Below, one piece after another: positions 50,760 through 63,660 of a stretch of 64,000 bases of DNA; the stretch's first letter is position 1; every line of letters starts with the position of its first letter. The notes under the pieces are model-generated. The model made no database searches and was not told the origin of the DNA. It saw only the letters and a program-made list of their open reading frames with translations. The stretch comes from Nemertoderma westbladi (lineage: Eukaryota > Animalia > Xenacoelomorpha). Both the position numbers and the translations under genes were made by a program. The stretch covers positions 1 through 64,000 of the forward strand of contig JAUCBJ010002501.1 of assembly GCA_032718475.1 (NCBI GenBank). The letters run 5' to 3'.

Positions 50760-51583
50760 TGGAAGTAAGGTCCAGGGGCGCTGAAAAGGTGCAGCTATGC
50801 CGCGCGGCCTACATACAGTACGTGCTTACATACAATATGTTTGTGGATATTTTGCTTGGTAAAACGCTTACACTTAGTTTCAGTTTGCAATTGGGATACG
50901 GTTATACTGTCCGTCCCTAAGTAATGGTGCAAATAACAGACTGTATGACGATACAGATGTTTTATGAGTGTACTGTACGGGTTATTTTAGTGGCCAGAAA
51001 GGTGATTTATGAAATGTAACCATGTTTAGAATTAGGCCAGCTGAACCCGTGCAGTTAGTGTCTTATTGTACAGTATAAGTATTTTTAAAAAAAAATTTAA
51101 AAATTTTTTTAGTTTAATTGTCATATCCAGTGTTAGTTATTTTATTATACAGTATAGTTAATTTAAATTGTTTTTATTAATTGTCATATTTAGTGAGTTC
51201 ACTGTGAGTTTGTTAATTAGATGATTTAACATTACAGCCACGGTTACGCCAGTAATTATGTCTAGGTATATTATATTGCTAGGTGATCTAAGTGTTTAGG
51301 GGGTTAGTTTTTTACACGGTGCTGTGATGCAACTATGCTGCTGTTTGTACCGTAACAAGTCTGGAGACTGTACTGGATGCTAGGCCAGGCCAGTCCCAGC
51401 AAGGCCACATGCATCTGGCTGTCTGGCAGGCGACGCTACATTCAGCAGTGTCTCGTATATTATGATTGTGGTTAATATTTATTTAATTTTGTGTCTTTAA
51501 AGTTCCTGTCCATTGCTGCATTGCCCTATTTCAGAGAGTTTCACTACCGGTAGTAGGCCGTTTTCCCTTTGTTTATTATTGTG

Positions 51584-51623
51584 ATACCCTGATGATGCCC
51601 CGAGGGGTGAAATTGATTGGTAT
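51584..51623 (+). ncRNA. Minimal type I hammerhead ribozyme of the PLE pseudo-LTR (possibly decayed)
   Basis: ATACC CTGATGA T GCCC-CGAG-GGGT GAAA TTGA TT GGTAT: stem I, core, stem II and GAAA all present. Confidence 0.78.
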
Positions 51624-52632
51624 GTTCAGTTATTATTAGTTTTAATTAAATATCAAACGGGCGTATAAAACTCCAACGTTGTTTTATTGTTCGAATTCCC
51701 CCAGTTATACTATTGGTTGATGGCCAAATGACATTGAATCTGTGATTAAAATGCTGAGAGAGAACCACATTCTCATAACTAATTGTCTCTATCCTCTCTT
51801 TGACCCCTGTCGCAGTGCATATAGATCTCAATTATATATAGTGTTTCATGGAAGAAGCCTCTGATAGATACAGCAATGAATGACTCTCTGTCTGTGCCAG
51901 TTTTAATTCGTTCACAGTGCTGGTATATATTTTCCTTCTTTCATGAAAATGGCTGTGCCACCTTTGCCTCTCACTGTCATTTTAGGTATGGACAATGGTC
52001 ATGCCTTCAGTGATAGTGAAAAGGCAGTAGTTGTAGCCCTTATGCATTATCTCGTCCCGCATCCCTAGCCAGTCTTCCTGGATGATAAAGATGTCTGGTC
52101 TGTTCATTGTGAGAAAGTTATTAATGTATTGTTTATTCCTGGTATATCCTTGACAGTTATAGGTAGCAATACTGATTTTGGTTATCCATCCTATCCATTG
52201 GGTGTCTCATATCATCAGACTAGGATAATTTATCAACAGTAGTATTAACAATTTATCAAGAGTCTATCAAGCCTGTCTTTAGACTGACTCAAGGTATTAT
52301 TGGATTAATCAAGTTGGATCTTGACTATAATCAGTTTATTTGAGATATATTATCTTTGTTGGATTTGGATAAAATTAGAAATACTTCTCGTTCTTAAACC
52401 ACATGGAGCAACATAAAATGGCTAATACAAGATTTGCCGTCATGTAAATTGTGGAAAGAAAAAGAAAATAAATATTACTCATTTCATATGCTATAGCCAA
52501 AACGTTTAATATTGTACATGGTACCATTGTATTCAACACAATGATGGTTGCTCTTTCATACATTTAATAACATGCCTACACTACTAACTAATGTACAGGT
52601 TAACAGTATATTATGACGATGGGCTTACTGAT

Positions 52633-53895
52633 TTAATATAGAGTACTCCCTCTAGCTCTAATGATAACTAGATAGCTAATGATTATGATGAGAAATGGAA
52701 CGATGGGAAGACTAATCAATGAGGCAGCTGATTGGAAACCAAAATAGTCATCTAACATTCCTCCAAAGAGCGCACCTATGATGTTTCCACAAGCCAAAGA
52801 TAACCTAACAATTTGTTGAACCAATGTCCGTATATCGACGTTATCTGTTCTGTCCTTTAATGCAATGCGAGTTAGAGTTTCTGTACCGCAACTAATAAAC
52901 AATCCTACACCGACTCCGAGAAAACAGCATCCAAATATTGACAATGGCAGACTCAATGGTAACCCTAGCAACTGTGTTGGTCCAATCAATTGCATGGAAA
53001 TTATTATTGAAACATATCCTATGATGGTGGGATACACTGGGTTTAGAAATGAACATTTCTGCATTACAAAACTCATTGCAAACACGGTTGCAGCAGATGA
53101 AACAACATTCCCCACCATGATCAATCCGATGTTCATTTGTGGCATTTCGTAAACATCATGGACATACACAGCGTAGTTTGCAGCATAATATAGATATGTT
53201 GTTTCGCCAACTATTGTCAAAATCGATAGTGTACTAGTACAAAAGTTGCTAAGCAATGAAATCAAGGCGGGTCTTGGTTCGGTAGATGAAGATCTGTCAT
53301 GTATATTTTCTGGAGACTCGAAACAACAATATAAATTTACAACCAATATGGTAATTCCTGGAATTAAAAATGCTCCTCTAAATCCAATGGTTGTGTATAA
53401 GAATGACCCAAGCACAGGTGCAGACGTCAAGCCTAGTTCAAGCATCACTTGTGAGATTCCAACAACCATAGTTCGATTGTGAGGATATAGATCCATTAGT
53501 AAGCTGAAACTATAGATGTAACTGATGTTTCCTCCAATAGCATCTAAAGTTCTAAAGATAAAGCATGTACAAATATGAACAGTATTGTTGGTGATATCCT
53601 CCACAAATCCGAATGCTGAAAGAGAAAGTGCTCCAAGGATCCCAAACACACCATAGGAGAGGCGACTTCCGAGATTTATAATGGAGTTGCCACATGTGAT
53701 GAATATGATAAGTCGTGCAGCTGGGTATATAGCTAGCACACTACCAGTCATGGTCTTAGACCAGTTACGACCTTCAACAACAATTGGGAAAAAGGAATCT
53801 AAAAGTGCAAAGCACAACCCTGGAACAACCTGTGAGAAAAAGAGAAATCCTGTGAGTATTATTTTCCTGCGGTTGATATCCATTATAGTTATCAT
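52633..53895 (-). CDS. SLC18B1: Intronless SLC18B1-like MFS transporter, copy C
   Basis: Intact ORF; about 6 aa differences from copy B. Confidence 0.82.
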   Translation of the reverse strand: MITIMDINRRKIILTGFLFFSQVVPGLCFALLDSFFPIVVEGRNWSKTMTGSVLAIYPAARLIIFITCGNSIINLGSRLSYGVFGILGALSLSAFGFVEDITNNTVHICTCFIFRTLDAIGGNISYIYSFSLLMDLYPHNRTMVVGISQVMLELGLTSAPVLGSFLYTTIGFRGAFLIPGITILVVNLYCCFESPENIHDRSSSTEPRPALISLLSNFCTSTLSILTIVGETTYLYYAANYAVYVHDVYEMPQMNIGLIMVGNVVSSAATVFAMSFVMQKCSFLNPVYPTIIGYVSIIISMQLIGPTQLLGLPLSLPLSIFGCCFLGVGVGLFISCGTETLTRIALKDRTDNVDIRTLVQQIVRLSLACGNIIGALFGGMLDDYFGFQSAASLISLPIVPFLIIIISYLVIIRARGSTLY

Positions 53896-54270
53896 TGATG
53901 GACCACCATATAAAAAACACAAGAAATAAAATATAGCACAATATATAACTATATAATACCAGAAGACTTATAAATAACCTACTTTACTGTACTTGTTTAC
54001 ATTTATTTTACAATTATTTTAGGGTTTTCTTTTGGCTAGAGTTATTGGGATGACATCAGAGTGAAGTTCCCCACTGCGAAATAGTGATAGTGAAGAATGG
54101 TCCTACACACAGTGATGTACACTATACCTTTCATGTAAGTATATAGCAAATGTTTAGAATGATCTTGGTAGGTAATATTTTTGTCAACAACATTCTGATA
54201 GAAACCCAACTGGCATCTTTGGGGTTTTTCCTAAAAATTACCATATTCTACATCGGATCATTACTTATTA

Positions 54271-54459
54271 GACCGCGTTCAAATTACAGAGTCAAAGTCA
54301 AAAGACAAATGTAAAACGCATCACATGAAATTTAACTTTTTCTAGAATGCCCTTACGTATTATATTAGGCCTATATAATCTATTATTATTTATTATTGCT
54401 AGCTAGCTATAATTATTTTCTTTTGACTTTGACTGTGACTTGGTAGTGTGAACGCGGCC
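54271..54459. mobile_element. PIF/Harbinger MITE, copy C
   Basis: TTA-GACCGCGTTCA...TGTGAACGCGGCC-TTA. Confidence 0.85.
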
Positions 54460-57400
54460 TTATGCAAAAACAATACGATTTTCGAATCTCAAGTTCGAAA
54501 AAAGTGTTCCAGAACTTTTTTACTCACCATTATTCCAATGGAAACAGCCACGGTTTCAAGTTATAAAGTGTGCTAATCTTAAAGACTATGAACTTTTAAG
54601 GTGAAAGAATTTAAAAGAGAAATTCAATAACACAATTGCATAAACTCATAATCAAATCTAATATATTTAAAAACCATTCATCAATTGCAATAGATGTATT
54701 AAATTCAACTATCTGCCAAATACATTCAAAATACATAATTACATATTTGTCTCCAGCAAAAATAAGTGAGGTGTGACTGGATTTAAAATTGACAAAAAAG
54801 TGTGTCCTATAGCGTTACATCATAGTATTCTCCATAGAGATTACTATGATGTAAGTTCAACAGTAATGGAAATAAATATGTACAATTTAATATATTATAG
54901 GGATGAAATAGGATAAAATGTCTTAACCATTCCTTGCGAGGATTTCTTAATGGCAATTTATATAAAACCCTCAATGATCCTCAACTGGGCATCAGTGTGA
55001 TTATTGATGACAATCGTATTACCACAATACAAAATATTTACTATATACTCCCATGCAAGGTTCAGTGAATAAAAGTTCGTTCAATAAATATGCCGGATTA
55101 TCAGTGAGGTTTCATGCAAGATCCATGCATGATTAGTATTAATTCATTCAGTCATATGTGGAATCAACTTCAGGGTATCAATAATGAATTTATATGGGGA
55201 TATAAAAATTCATTTGAAGTGTCATGGGTGACACACTTGCTTTTTTTATCTTTATTATGGTGGTTGATTATTTGCAGCGAATTTCTCAACATAATACAGA
55301 TGGTGTGGAAATACAAACAGACTGTGGTAGTAGCTGCCAGTAGTGCGAGAAAAGCGCCAATATATTTATTGGACCTAGACTTTGCTGATGATGATCTGTG
55401 TTTAAAGTCAGCAAAATTGGATGGTGCAAAAGCAGCATTCATTATCAGTGTATTTATAAATGCTATGAATTCCAAAATTCTGATTGTAAACTTGGATTCC
55501 CCCCAGCAAGTCTTTGACTGTTAGAGTCTTCATTAAAATTTTGGTTGAAGTTATTGATCATGTAGTAGACTTCAGAAGTCAACATATTTTTGTAAACATT
55601 AGCGTCTTGGGGCTTTATAACAGCCCTTTTTAGTTTCTTATTTTAGAAAAACTACATCCCTTGAAGATTAAAACACCTATATGGGTCTAAGGGTCACAAA
55701 TACAAAAACTGAAAATATTTTGTCGAGATTTTTTTGTTACTAGATGTACGGAAAATGCTTTATTTGCAGTAAGTGCAGAGAGCATTGAAATTTACAAGTA
55801 GTGAAAAACATAAGCTAGACTCATCACCAAAACCGACCACAACTACCACACTGCTATGAAGGCTCAGGATATATGTACCAATTAATATGGTTTGCGTTTA
55901 AGTTAAAAAGTCAAATAATTCGGTCGTTGATAGATCGTGATCCACCAGCTTCCAAGGTGGGGGTGGGACCATCACAGGTCAAATGCGAAGTGACATTTAG
56001 TAACTGCGCCAACAGAGGTTTAGCCAAACCTCTGTCGGTCATTGCTTGATGAGTGCAACACAACTAGAGTAAGGCAACGATTCTAAACATTTTTTTAAAT
56101 TCCATGCACTTCACTATTTTTGAGAAGATGAAAAATGTTGTTAACATATGTAATATGGCTTCGTTCGCATTCATCATGTGATTTTGGGTTGACAACACTA
56201 TAGGCAGAGAGTTTTGCCATCGTAGTAATCTTTACACGGGTTCACATATGAAGATGTAGTTTGGCAAATGTCGCAATAGGTTAGCTTTGAAGAGATCAGG
56301 GAATTATCTATTCAAAACAAAGTTAAAAGTTATTACCAATTTTGGATAACCCAAAAACGATAAAAATAAAAAAATTCTAAAAATCTTCAGGCTAGGGTTC
56401 ATCGCCCATGTTATGGGGTTATAGAGAATTATGGTGCATCGCCGGCTTTACTTATTTAAAGGCAGGGGTCAGTCTTTCCAATCAATTACTTTATATTGTG
56501 TCATAAGTCAATAGCGTATTGCTATTGTTACTTAGTTGTTATGTCGCATTAGAATAATCAATGGCCGTTCATAATGGATTATATTACCAGTAAAGTGTTG
56601 CGGTACAACGCCATCCTTTGTTATTACAAGAACTATTAATTCCTTCAAAGCCAATTAAATACGTAGCTATAAGTCTTTATTATAGTATTATTAAGTCTAG
56701 TATTGTTGTAAAGAAAGAAATCTCTCAGTTTTGAATTTCAGAAATGCCCCTCAAAATTATTAATGTACTATTTCAATAAAATACTAATTTGATATTGATG
56801 GACCTATTTTATTTCTTTATTATTACAGAATAACCTTAACACCTTAATAAAGAAATCCAACCCTAAAGACAGTAGTTGCGATGTTGTGAACCTCAAACTC
56901 TGCTAAGTATTCAATAGAGGATCATATCAAATGAATGAATAACACCTGTTCAGTTCCGTATCTTACATATTATATTTAGTTACCAAAAATATTTAATAGT
57001 AATTTATATCAAATGTAATTACATAAATGATGTAAATTCTATGATGATTCATATTAATATAGATTTGAAGATATAACTTACTACTACTACTACTACTAAA
57101 CACTACTGACATAAATGTATGCAAATGTCAAGTCATATCATATTGTGAATAAAATTGCGAAATTTTTTTCGTAATAACAATTTTCATAAAATTGTCCTTC
57201 ATATTTGCGAAAAAATGTAGTGTTACTGAAATAATAATTACCGTATAATATTTTACAATTAATTTATGTTTGTCAAATGCTAATAATTGTGTTATTAGTA
57301 CAAAATAAAGTGGCTAACACAAAGGTTTTGTATGGATATCCCACTCAAATTATCTGAAACCGGAAACAAACTGGTCAACCATGTGTTAGGGGTATAAAAT

Positions 57401-58085
57401 TAAACTCCCTATCTCATGAACGTAAATATCCTTCATGCTTTTATGATGGTTTAGCATTTGCTCATCAACATCAAAGGAGATCCTGCTAGAACTTAACTGT
57501 ATTTCAGTAATAATTGTTTTGGTAGTTGTTCTCCTATAACAACATCATACAGCACAAAGCAATTAATTCAATTCTTGTAAGGAGAATATTATAAATATTA
57601 TTATCCCGCACAATTCCTGTTTCAAACGATTTATAACCAACTTAATTATCACTGGCATTGGATTTTATATTGTGACACAAATGCTCTACGACTACTACTA
57701 TCGGCATGCTGCATTGCAGCTGCATTATATATATTACATTTATATTAAGAATGCTGTGTCGGCATGTCGACAAAATTGCGCAGCCGAAACTCCCTATCCG
57801 CATCTTCAATACCATTCATTGTCCTTTAAGAGGCGTCTGGGAGAAAGTCATGAGCTGTCCGTGCTTGCGAAAGTCATGGGGGGAAGGGAGTTGTGGCGGT
57901 GCAAATTTGTTGATAAGCCGGCATATAATTCTTAATGCACGCTGCATTGGGCCTGTCAATTGTGGATTGCATGGTGGCGACAAAATGTGGGACTGTGCTG
58001 TGCAAATCTTTAGTTTGTTTAGCACTGTTCGAATTTATAAGTTTGTCTTACAGTGTTTCATAAGATAATTAATTAATGTAGAGAG

Positions 58086-60249
58086 TACGGAGCCCCTAAA
58101 GGGACATTTAAAAAAAAAATGTTTCGTTAACTCGTGCGAACGACTTACTAAGTCGTGCGAACGACATACTACTGTAAGTCATGCGAACGACATACTAAGT
58201 CGTGCAAACGACTTAACTCACTCGTGCGTAAGACTTAGTAACTCTTGCTTTAACTACTTACTTACTTACTACTTACTTAACTACGACTTACTAACTTTAC
58301 TTTGATAGGCTAAATAATACTGGTAATAAAAGTACAACCTTTTTAGCGGAATTTTCAATTCAATCTACAGCATTGTTGTTGATGGCATTATTGGTTGAAA
58401 ATACTATTATCGATGTCTGAACGTGCTCTGTTAATATTGACGTCCTTTAACTTAGGCTGACAATACAACCGACATATTGTAGCAAATTATAATATATTTA
58501 ACACATTAATTTTATTGTAACTAAGTCACTGAATTGCTGTATTATCTACGGTCGGGGCTGTTAGATAAGCTGATTATAGTGTCAGGTGTAGTTGCTGTGT
58601 TGCTAAGCAACATTCCCATCTCACTATTGTATCGAACAGCTGTAGTCGAAATCTCAGGTTTTGGGGGGAGGTGAGATAGGTCCTACTATTTAGAGTGTTG
58701 TACAATATTGTGACTCCACCACAATATTCGATTTAAATAAAGTACGTACCCGTATTTCACTTTCAGGCTCTCGTTTCAAATTTCACTCATTCGCTTACAC
58801 TCGTTCTTAATAAAATTAATTCGAATAAGTAATGCGTAACATCCCTAATGAAACCAGTGGGTGCATTGATGGATATACCCGGAAAATGATTTGGTTGAAC
58901 ATGTATAACACCAACAATGACAGTAAAGTTATCGGGGGCTACTTCCTGGAAACGACAACTGAGAACAAGGGTGCTCCGCGGATTGTTCTTGGGGATTTTG
59001 GAACAGAAAATGTTCGCGTTCGAGACTTTCAGAAGTTCATCCGCAGAGATCACACTGACAATATGCAACAGACCTGTTACATCGATGGCGCGAGCACAGC
59101 TTAGGATAATTTCATTATTTAGTTTTAAAGCAGATTAAATTAGTCCGTATGTTAGGCCTAAGTTAAAGTACGTCGATATTAACAGAGCGCGTTCAGCCAT
59201 TGATAATAATATTTTCAATCAATAATGCCATCAACAACAATGCTGTAGATTGAATTGAAAATCCCGCTAAAAAGGTTGTACTTTCATTACTAGTATTATT
59301 TAGCCAATCAAAGTAAAGTTAGTAAGTCGTTCGCACGAGTTACTAAGTCGTTAGCACGACTTAGTATGTCGTTCACATGACTTAGTGAGTCGTTTGCATG
59401 ACTTAGTAAGTCGTTTGCACGATTTAGTAGTCGTTTGCACGACTTACTAAGTCGTTTGCACGACTTACTAAGTCGTTTGCACAACTTAGTAAGTCGTTCG
59501 CACGACTTAGTAAGTCGTTCGCATGACTTAGTAGTCGTTCGCATGACTTAGTAAGTCGTTCGCACGACTTAGTATGTCGTTTGCACGAGTAAGTTAAGTC
59601 GTTCGCACAACTTAGTTAAGTCGTTCGCACGACTTAGTAAGTCGTTCACACGACTTAGTAAGTCGTTTGCACGACTTAGTATGTCGTTCGCACGACTTAG
59701 TAAGTCGTTCGCACGACTTAGTAAGTTGTTCGCACGACATAGTAAGTCGTTCGCTCGACTTAGTAAGTCGTTCACACGACTTAGTAAGTCGTTTGCACGA
59801 CTTAGTATGTCGTTCGCACGACTTAGTAAGTCGTTCGCACAACTTAGTTAAGTCGTTCGCACGACTTAGTAAGTCGTTCACACGACTTAGTAAGTCGTTT
59901 GCACGACTTAGTATGTCGTTCGCACGACTTAGTAAGTCGTTCGCACGACTTAGTAAGTTGTTCGCACGACATAGTAAGTCGTTCGCTCGACTTAGTAAGT
60001 CGTTCACACGACTTAGTAAGTCGTTCGCACGACTTAGTAAGTTGTTCGCACGACATAGTAAGTCGTTCGCTCGACTTAGTAAGTCGTTCGCACGACTTAG
60101 TATGTCGTTCTTACAGGGTTAGTTTAAGTCATTCTCTCGACTTAGTATGTCGTTCGCACAACTTAGTAAGTCGTTCGCACGACATACTAAGTCGTTTGCA
60201 CGAGTTAGCGAAAAAAAAAAAATTTCAATGTCCCTTTAGGTGCTCCGTA
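58086..60249 (+). mobile_element. IS3EU-like element, copy C, with expanded 21-bp array (~59320-60205)
   Basis: Same termini; integrase remnant 58832-59104; array (TTAGTAAGTCGTTCGCACGAC)n. Confidence 0.82.
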
Positions 60250-61903
60250 AGTAAGTGTAAGATAATAATATAAATTGGAGATGAGCTGTTGCAACTGTAA
60301 TCAATGATGTAATGTAAATTGTTTTGTTCAGAAGTGGAAAAAAATGAGAAAGAGCGTCACCAGGGGTTGAAGATAATAAGTGTATGTAGAAAAATATTAC
60401 ACGAAAATATTACAAATCTTAATGATATTGTATCAAATTTTAAAACATATTCTCACTGGTAGTTTAGGTTAGCCTCATCACTTTTTAGGTTTTTCTATTT
60501 ATTAATTATTTTTAACTTAGAAAATTTTTCTGGGTGATGATTCTGATTTACTATTTTCACTTTCAAACTTTTCACTTTCCAGTGGTAGAGAGGCTCTGAG
60601 ACCAACTTGTGCTGGAAATATATTATGTCACAAACGCAGTCCACAGCACCTGGTGGTATTTCCCCAGGGTGCCAGGAATAAAGGAAGATTATGTAGTTGT
60701 TATTATTATTTACTGGTAAACGAGTAGGTACCGGTAGCCTAGCTTTGGCAGGAATACTGATAATGAAACACAGTCTGGCAGTACCTAACAGTAAACGACT
60801 CCGATTCACTGCCTGAATTGAATGTGTGCTGTGACATAAACTGAATGTGTGCTGTCGCATATAATGAAAATTGAGTTAATTGCTAATAAGCCACTCTATA
60901 CCACTGGACGTGTATATACTGTTAGCCTATGTTGGTTGAACTGCAGCATCATGAGTGGCCGCAAATAGTCTAATGTTATTGTGGGCATGAAATCAAAGAG
61001 AAATGGAAAACAGATAAATGTCCAGTGTGCTTACAACCACTTCCACCGCCGGATTGCGAACCTACTCTGCTGCTATCGAAATCTGGAAATTGCTACCAGG
61101 TAGGCCTACCAGTACCACGGATTCATTAACTATATCGTGACAGCCAAAGAAGAAATCCACTGGTTTGAAACAGGTTGCTGCAGTTCATAGATCGGTAATT
61201 CCATGGTCAGAATTGGAAGGTAGTGAAAGTATAATAATGTACTATACGTAATATACCAATACCCAAACAATGCAGTACTGTTGATTTAGTGCCAGAGGTT
61301 AAGCTCAAGTGTGATAAGAACAATATTGATGAAGGAGTTACAGTTTATCACAAACTAATCAGAACATTTGTGGCGGATTTGAAAGAACGTGAAGTCAAAC
61401 ATACCATTGCAGAAAGTGTTTGTGAAGTTTATCCGTAATTTAAAGCGCATCACTCACATTTGAAAGAGCACTACAGTGTTTCTAACAACCTTTTATTTGT
61501 GCTATGATTATAGAGCTAAAAGGAACAAAGACGCAAAAGACGGTGATTCAGATTTAAAGATAGCATCATGAACAAAATGCACTTCTAGTGAAGTAGAGAA
61601 TGAAGAATCGGAATATGTGTGGGGAATGATATGGCATGGGAAGGTGGTGGTTTACAAAACGTAACTTTATTGTCAGAATATTAATTCCCCAACTGCCATT
61701 GCTTGTGTGTCGGATCTTCATCTTGTCTGTGGTCATATCAGCTCCAATTCTAGCTCAAAGGTTCAAAGGCTACTTTTATACAGTAGGTTCAAAGGCTACA
61801 TTTATTATCATTATAATAATAAATAGAGCAATCTCAAGGAGATATTAAAATTTTAAATAAACCTATGATTTTTAATAAATTCCATATTAATAGTTGATAA
61901 TCT

Positions 61904-61965
61904 GTAAGCAGAAGTGGTCTAAATATAGTAGCTGGATCATGCAATCGCGAGTTTGAATCCCACTA
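61904..61965 (+). other. Degenerate tRNA-derived (SINE-head-like) sequence; also ~1237-1298 (-) and truncated at 48260-48308
   Basis: AGCAGAAGTGGTCTAA resembles a Leu/Ser tRNA A-box region; GAGTTTGAATCCCAC resembles a B-box. Confidence 0.45.
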
Positions 61966-62269
61966 AAGATATTTATGGAAAACCAACAGTTTATTCAGAA
62001 GCCACGATAAACCAATGGCTACAGTATAACCAACGGTTTGAAACAAAAAACATGGTTTTCGAAAATATCATGGAGTTAAAAATGCACCAAATAAACTAAT
62101 AGTTTTTTCCTAAAAACTGTTGTTTTTTTCGGGAAAAACCAACAGTACGTTTTTTCAGTGTATTAAAAGGGATTTTTAATCTGTTTGTTGTTTGTATTGC
62201 GGTTAATAGTAACCCAGGTAGATTCACCATTTTGGAGTGTTAAGTCTTTACATTGAGTGAAGTAACTGA

Positions 62270-62497
62270 CACACTGACATGCCACTAATAAATAATCACC
62301 AACACGGAAAACTAATCGCGGTGATACAGCAATATGTTTAATATGGTTAATTTAACGGTTAATAACTTTTAAATAATTTAAGTTAATTTAAATAATATGG
62401 CAATGATTACGGTATGTTTAAGATATATTGCTGTATGTACCACCGCGATTAGTTTTCCTTTTTGCGATTATTTATTAGTGGTGTGTCGTCAGTGTGG
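62270..62497. repeat. Imperfect inverted repeat (MITE-like hairpin)
   Basis: CACTAATAAATAATC..GGAAAACTAATCGCGGTG..ATACAGCAATAT versus ATATTGCTGTAT..CACCGCGATTAGTTTTCC..GATTATTTATTAGTG. Confidence 0.7.
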
Positions 62498-62889
62498 AGT
62501 GGAGTTGTCTGTGAGTAATGTTTCAGTGAACGTGAGTACATCCAAGCGTCTGTTAACTAGTGTGAGGTAGTCGAGAATATAATTAAAGTTTTTTGTAATG
62601 GTAAAACAGTTAAAGTTTAAAATTGTAAAATTGTGAGACACTTTTCACTTATCAAAATAACCACCATTAATATTGATATGATTGAACTTTGTTTCTGGGT
62701 AAATATGTTAATATAAATTAAATATATATTAAATATTGAAATACATTGTTTATTTCTGAAAATATATTGGTCATTTGCAAATAATCTATAAAATTATCAG
62801 AGTCGTTCTTTACCTTTACATTTAACTAGTGACGGGCCTAGCGGCCCGATAAGGAACCGACTTTTCATTTCAAATAAAAGAGACAACGA

Positions 62890-63660
62890 GCTTGGCTCGG
62901 TCTGGCATGATTGGGCACGATTCAGTTCGAATTGGCTTGATCGGCTCGGTTTGGCTCGATTGGGCTCGACTCGGCTTGATTGGGCTCGACTCGACTCAGC
63001 TCGATTCGGCTCAATCGGCTCGATTGGTCTCAACTCAGCTCGGTTGCGCTCGAATCGGCTCGATTTGGCTCAACTTGGCTCAGTCCGGCTCGACTGGGCT
63101 CGGTCCGGCTCAATTGGGCTCGACTAGGCTTGATTGGGCTCGACTCGGCTCTATTGGGCTCGACTCGATTCGATTGGGCTTAACTCGGCTCAGTCTGGCT
63201 CGACTCGGCTTGATTATGCTCAACTCGGCTCTGTCCGGCTCGACTCAGCTCAATTGGGCTCGACTCGGCTTGATTGGTCTCGACTCGACTCAGTCCGGCT
63301 CAATTTGGCGTGACACGGCTCGACTCGGCTCGATTGGGTTCTGCTCGGCTCGGTCTGAGTCGACTCAGCTTTATTCGGCTCGATTGGGTTCGACTCGGCT
63401 CGGTCTGGCTCGACTTGGCTCAATTGGGCTCAATTCGACTCAATTGATTGGGATTGATTGGGCTTCACTCGGCTCGATTTGGCTCAAATTGGCCCAGTCT
63501 GGCACGATTGGGCTCGACTTGACTCGGTCCCGCTCAATTGGGCTCGACTAGGATTGATTGGGCTCTACTCGGCTCTATTGGGCTCGACTCGACTCGATTG
63601 GGCTTGACTCGGCTCAGTCTGGCTTGCTCGGCTTGATTGGGCTCAACTCGGCTCCATTCG
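62890..63660. repeat. Degenerate 5-bp-period satellite (GCTCG/ACTCG/ATTGG), probably internal to a non-autonomous element starting ~62824
   Basis: Visible pentamer periodicity; preceded by AACTAG and the hairpin CGGGCC-TAGC-GGCCCG. Confidence 0.85.

Larger units (their letters stand above)
48309..51711 (+). mobile_element. Penelope-like element (C-terminal GIY-YIG, Neptune-like Cys linker), 5'-truncated
   Basis: Copy B homology stops at 48308 and copy C homology starts at 51712; RT and EN motifs; hammerhead near the 3' end. Confidence 0.9.
51712..62426 (-). repeat. Segmental duplication copy C (direct repeat of B ~35368-48308 up to 61951; inverted to A)
   Basis: ATTGGTTGATGGCCAAATGAC at 51712 equals ~35368; GCAATCGCGAG ending at 61951 equals 48308; continues matching A 1250 to 821. 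Confidence 0.93.

Noticed and set aside
59308-60273. Heptad coiled-coil ORFs (LLSRAND)n
   Set aside because: The 21-bp TIR array read through; length varies among copies and frames shift.
62892-63551. 219-aa LRR/pentapeptide-like ORF
   Set aside because: Product of the 5-bp-period satellite.
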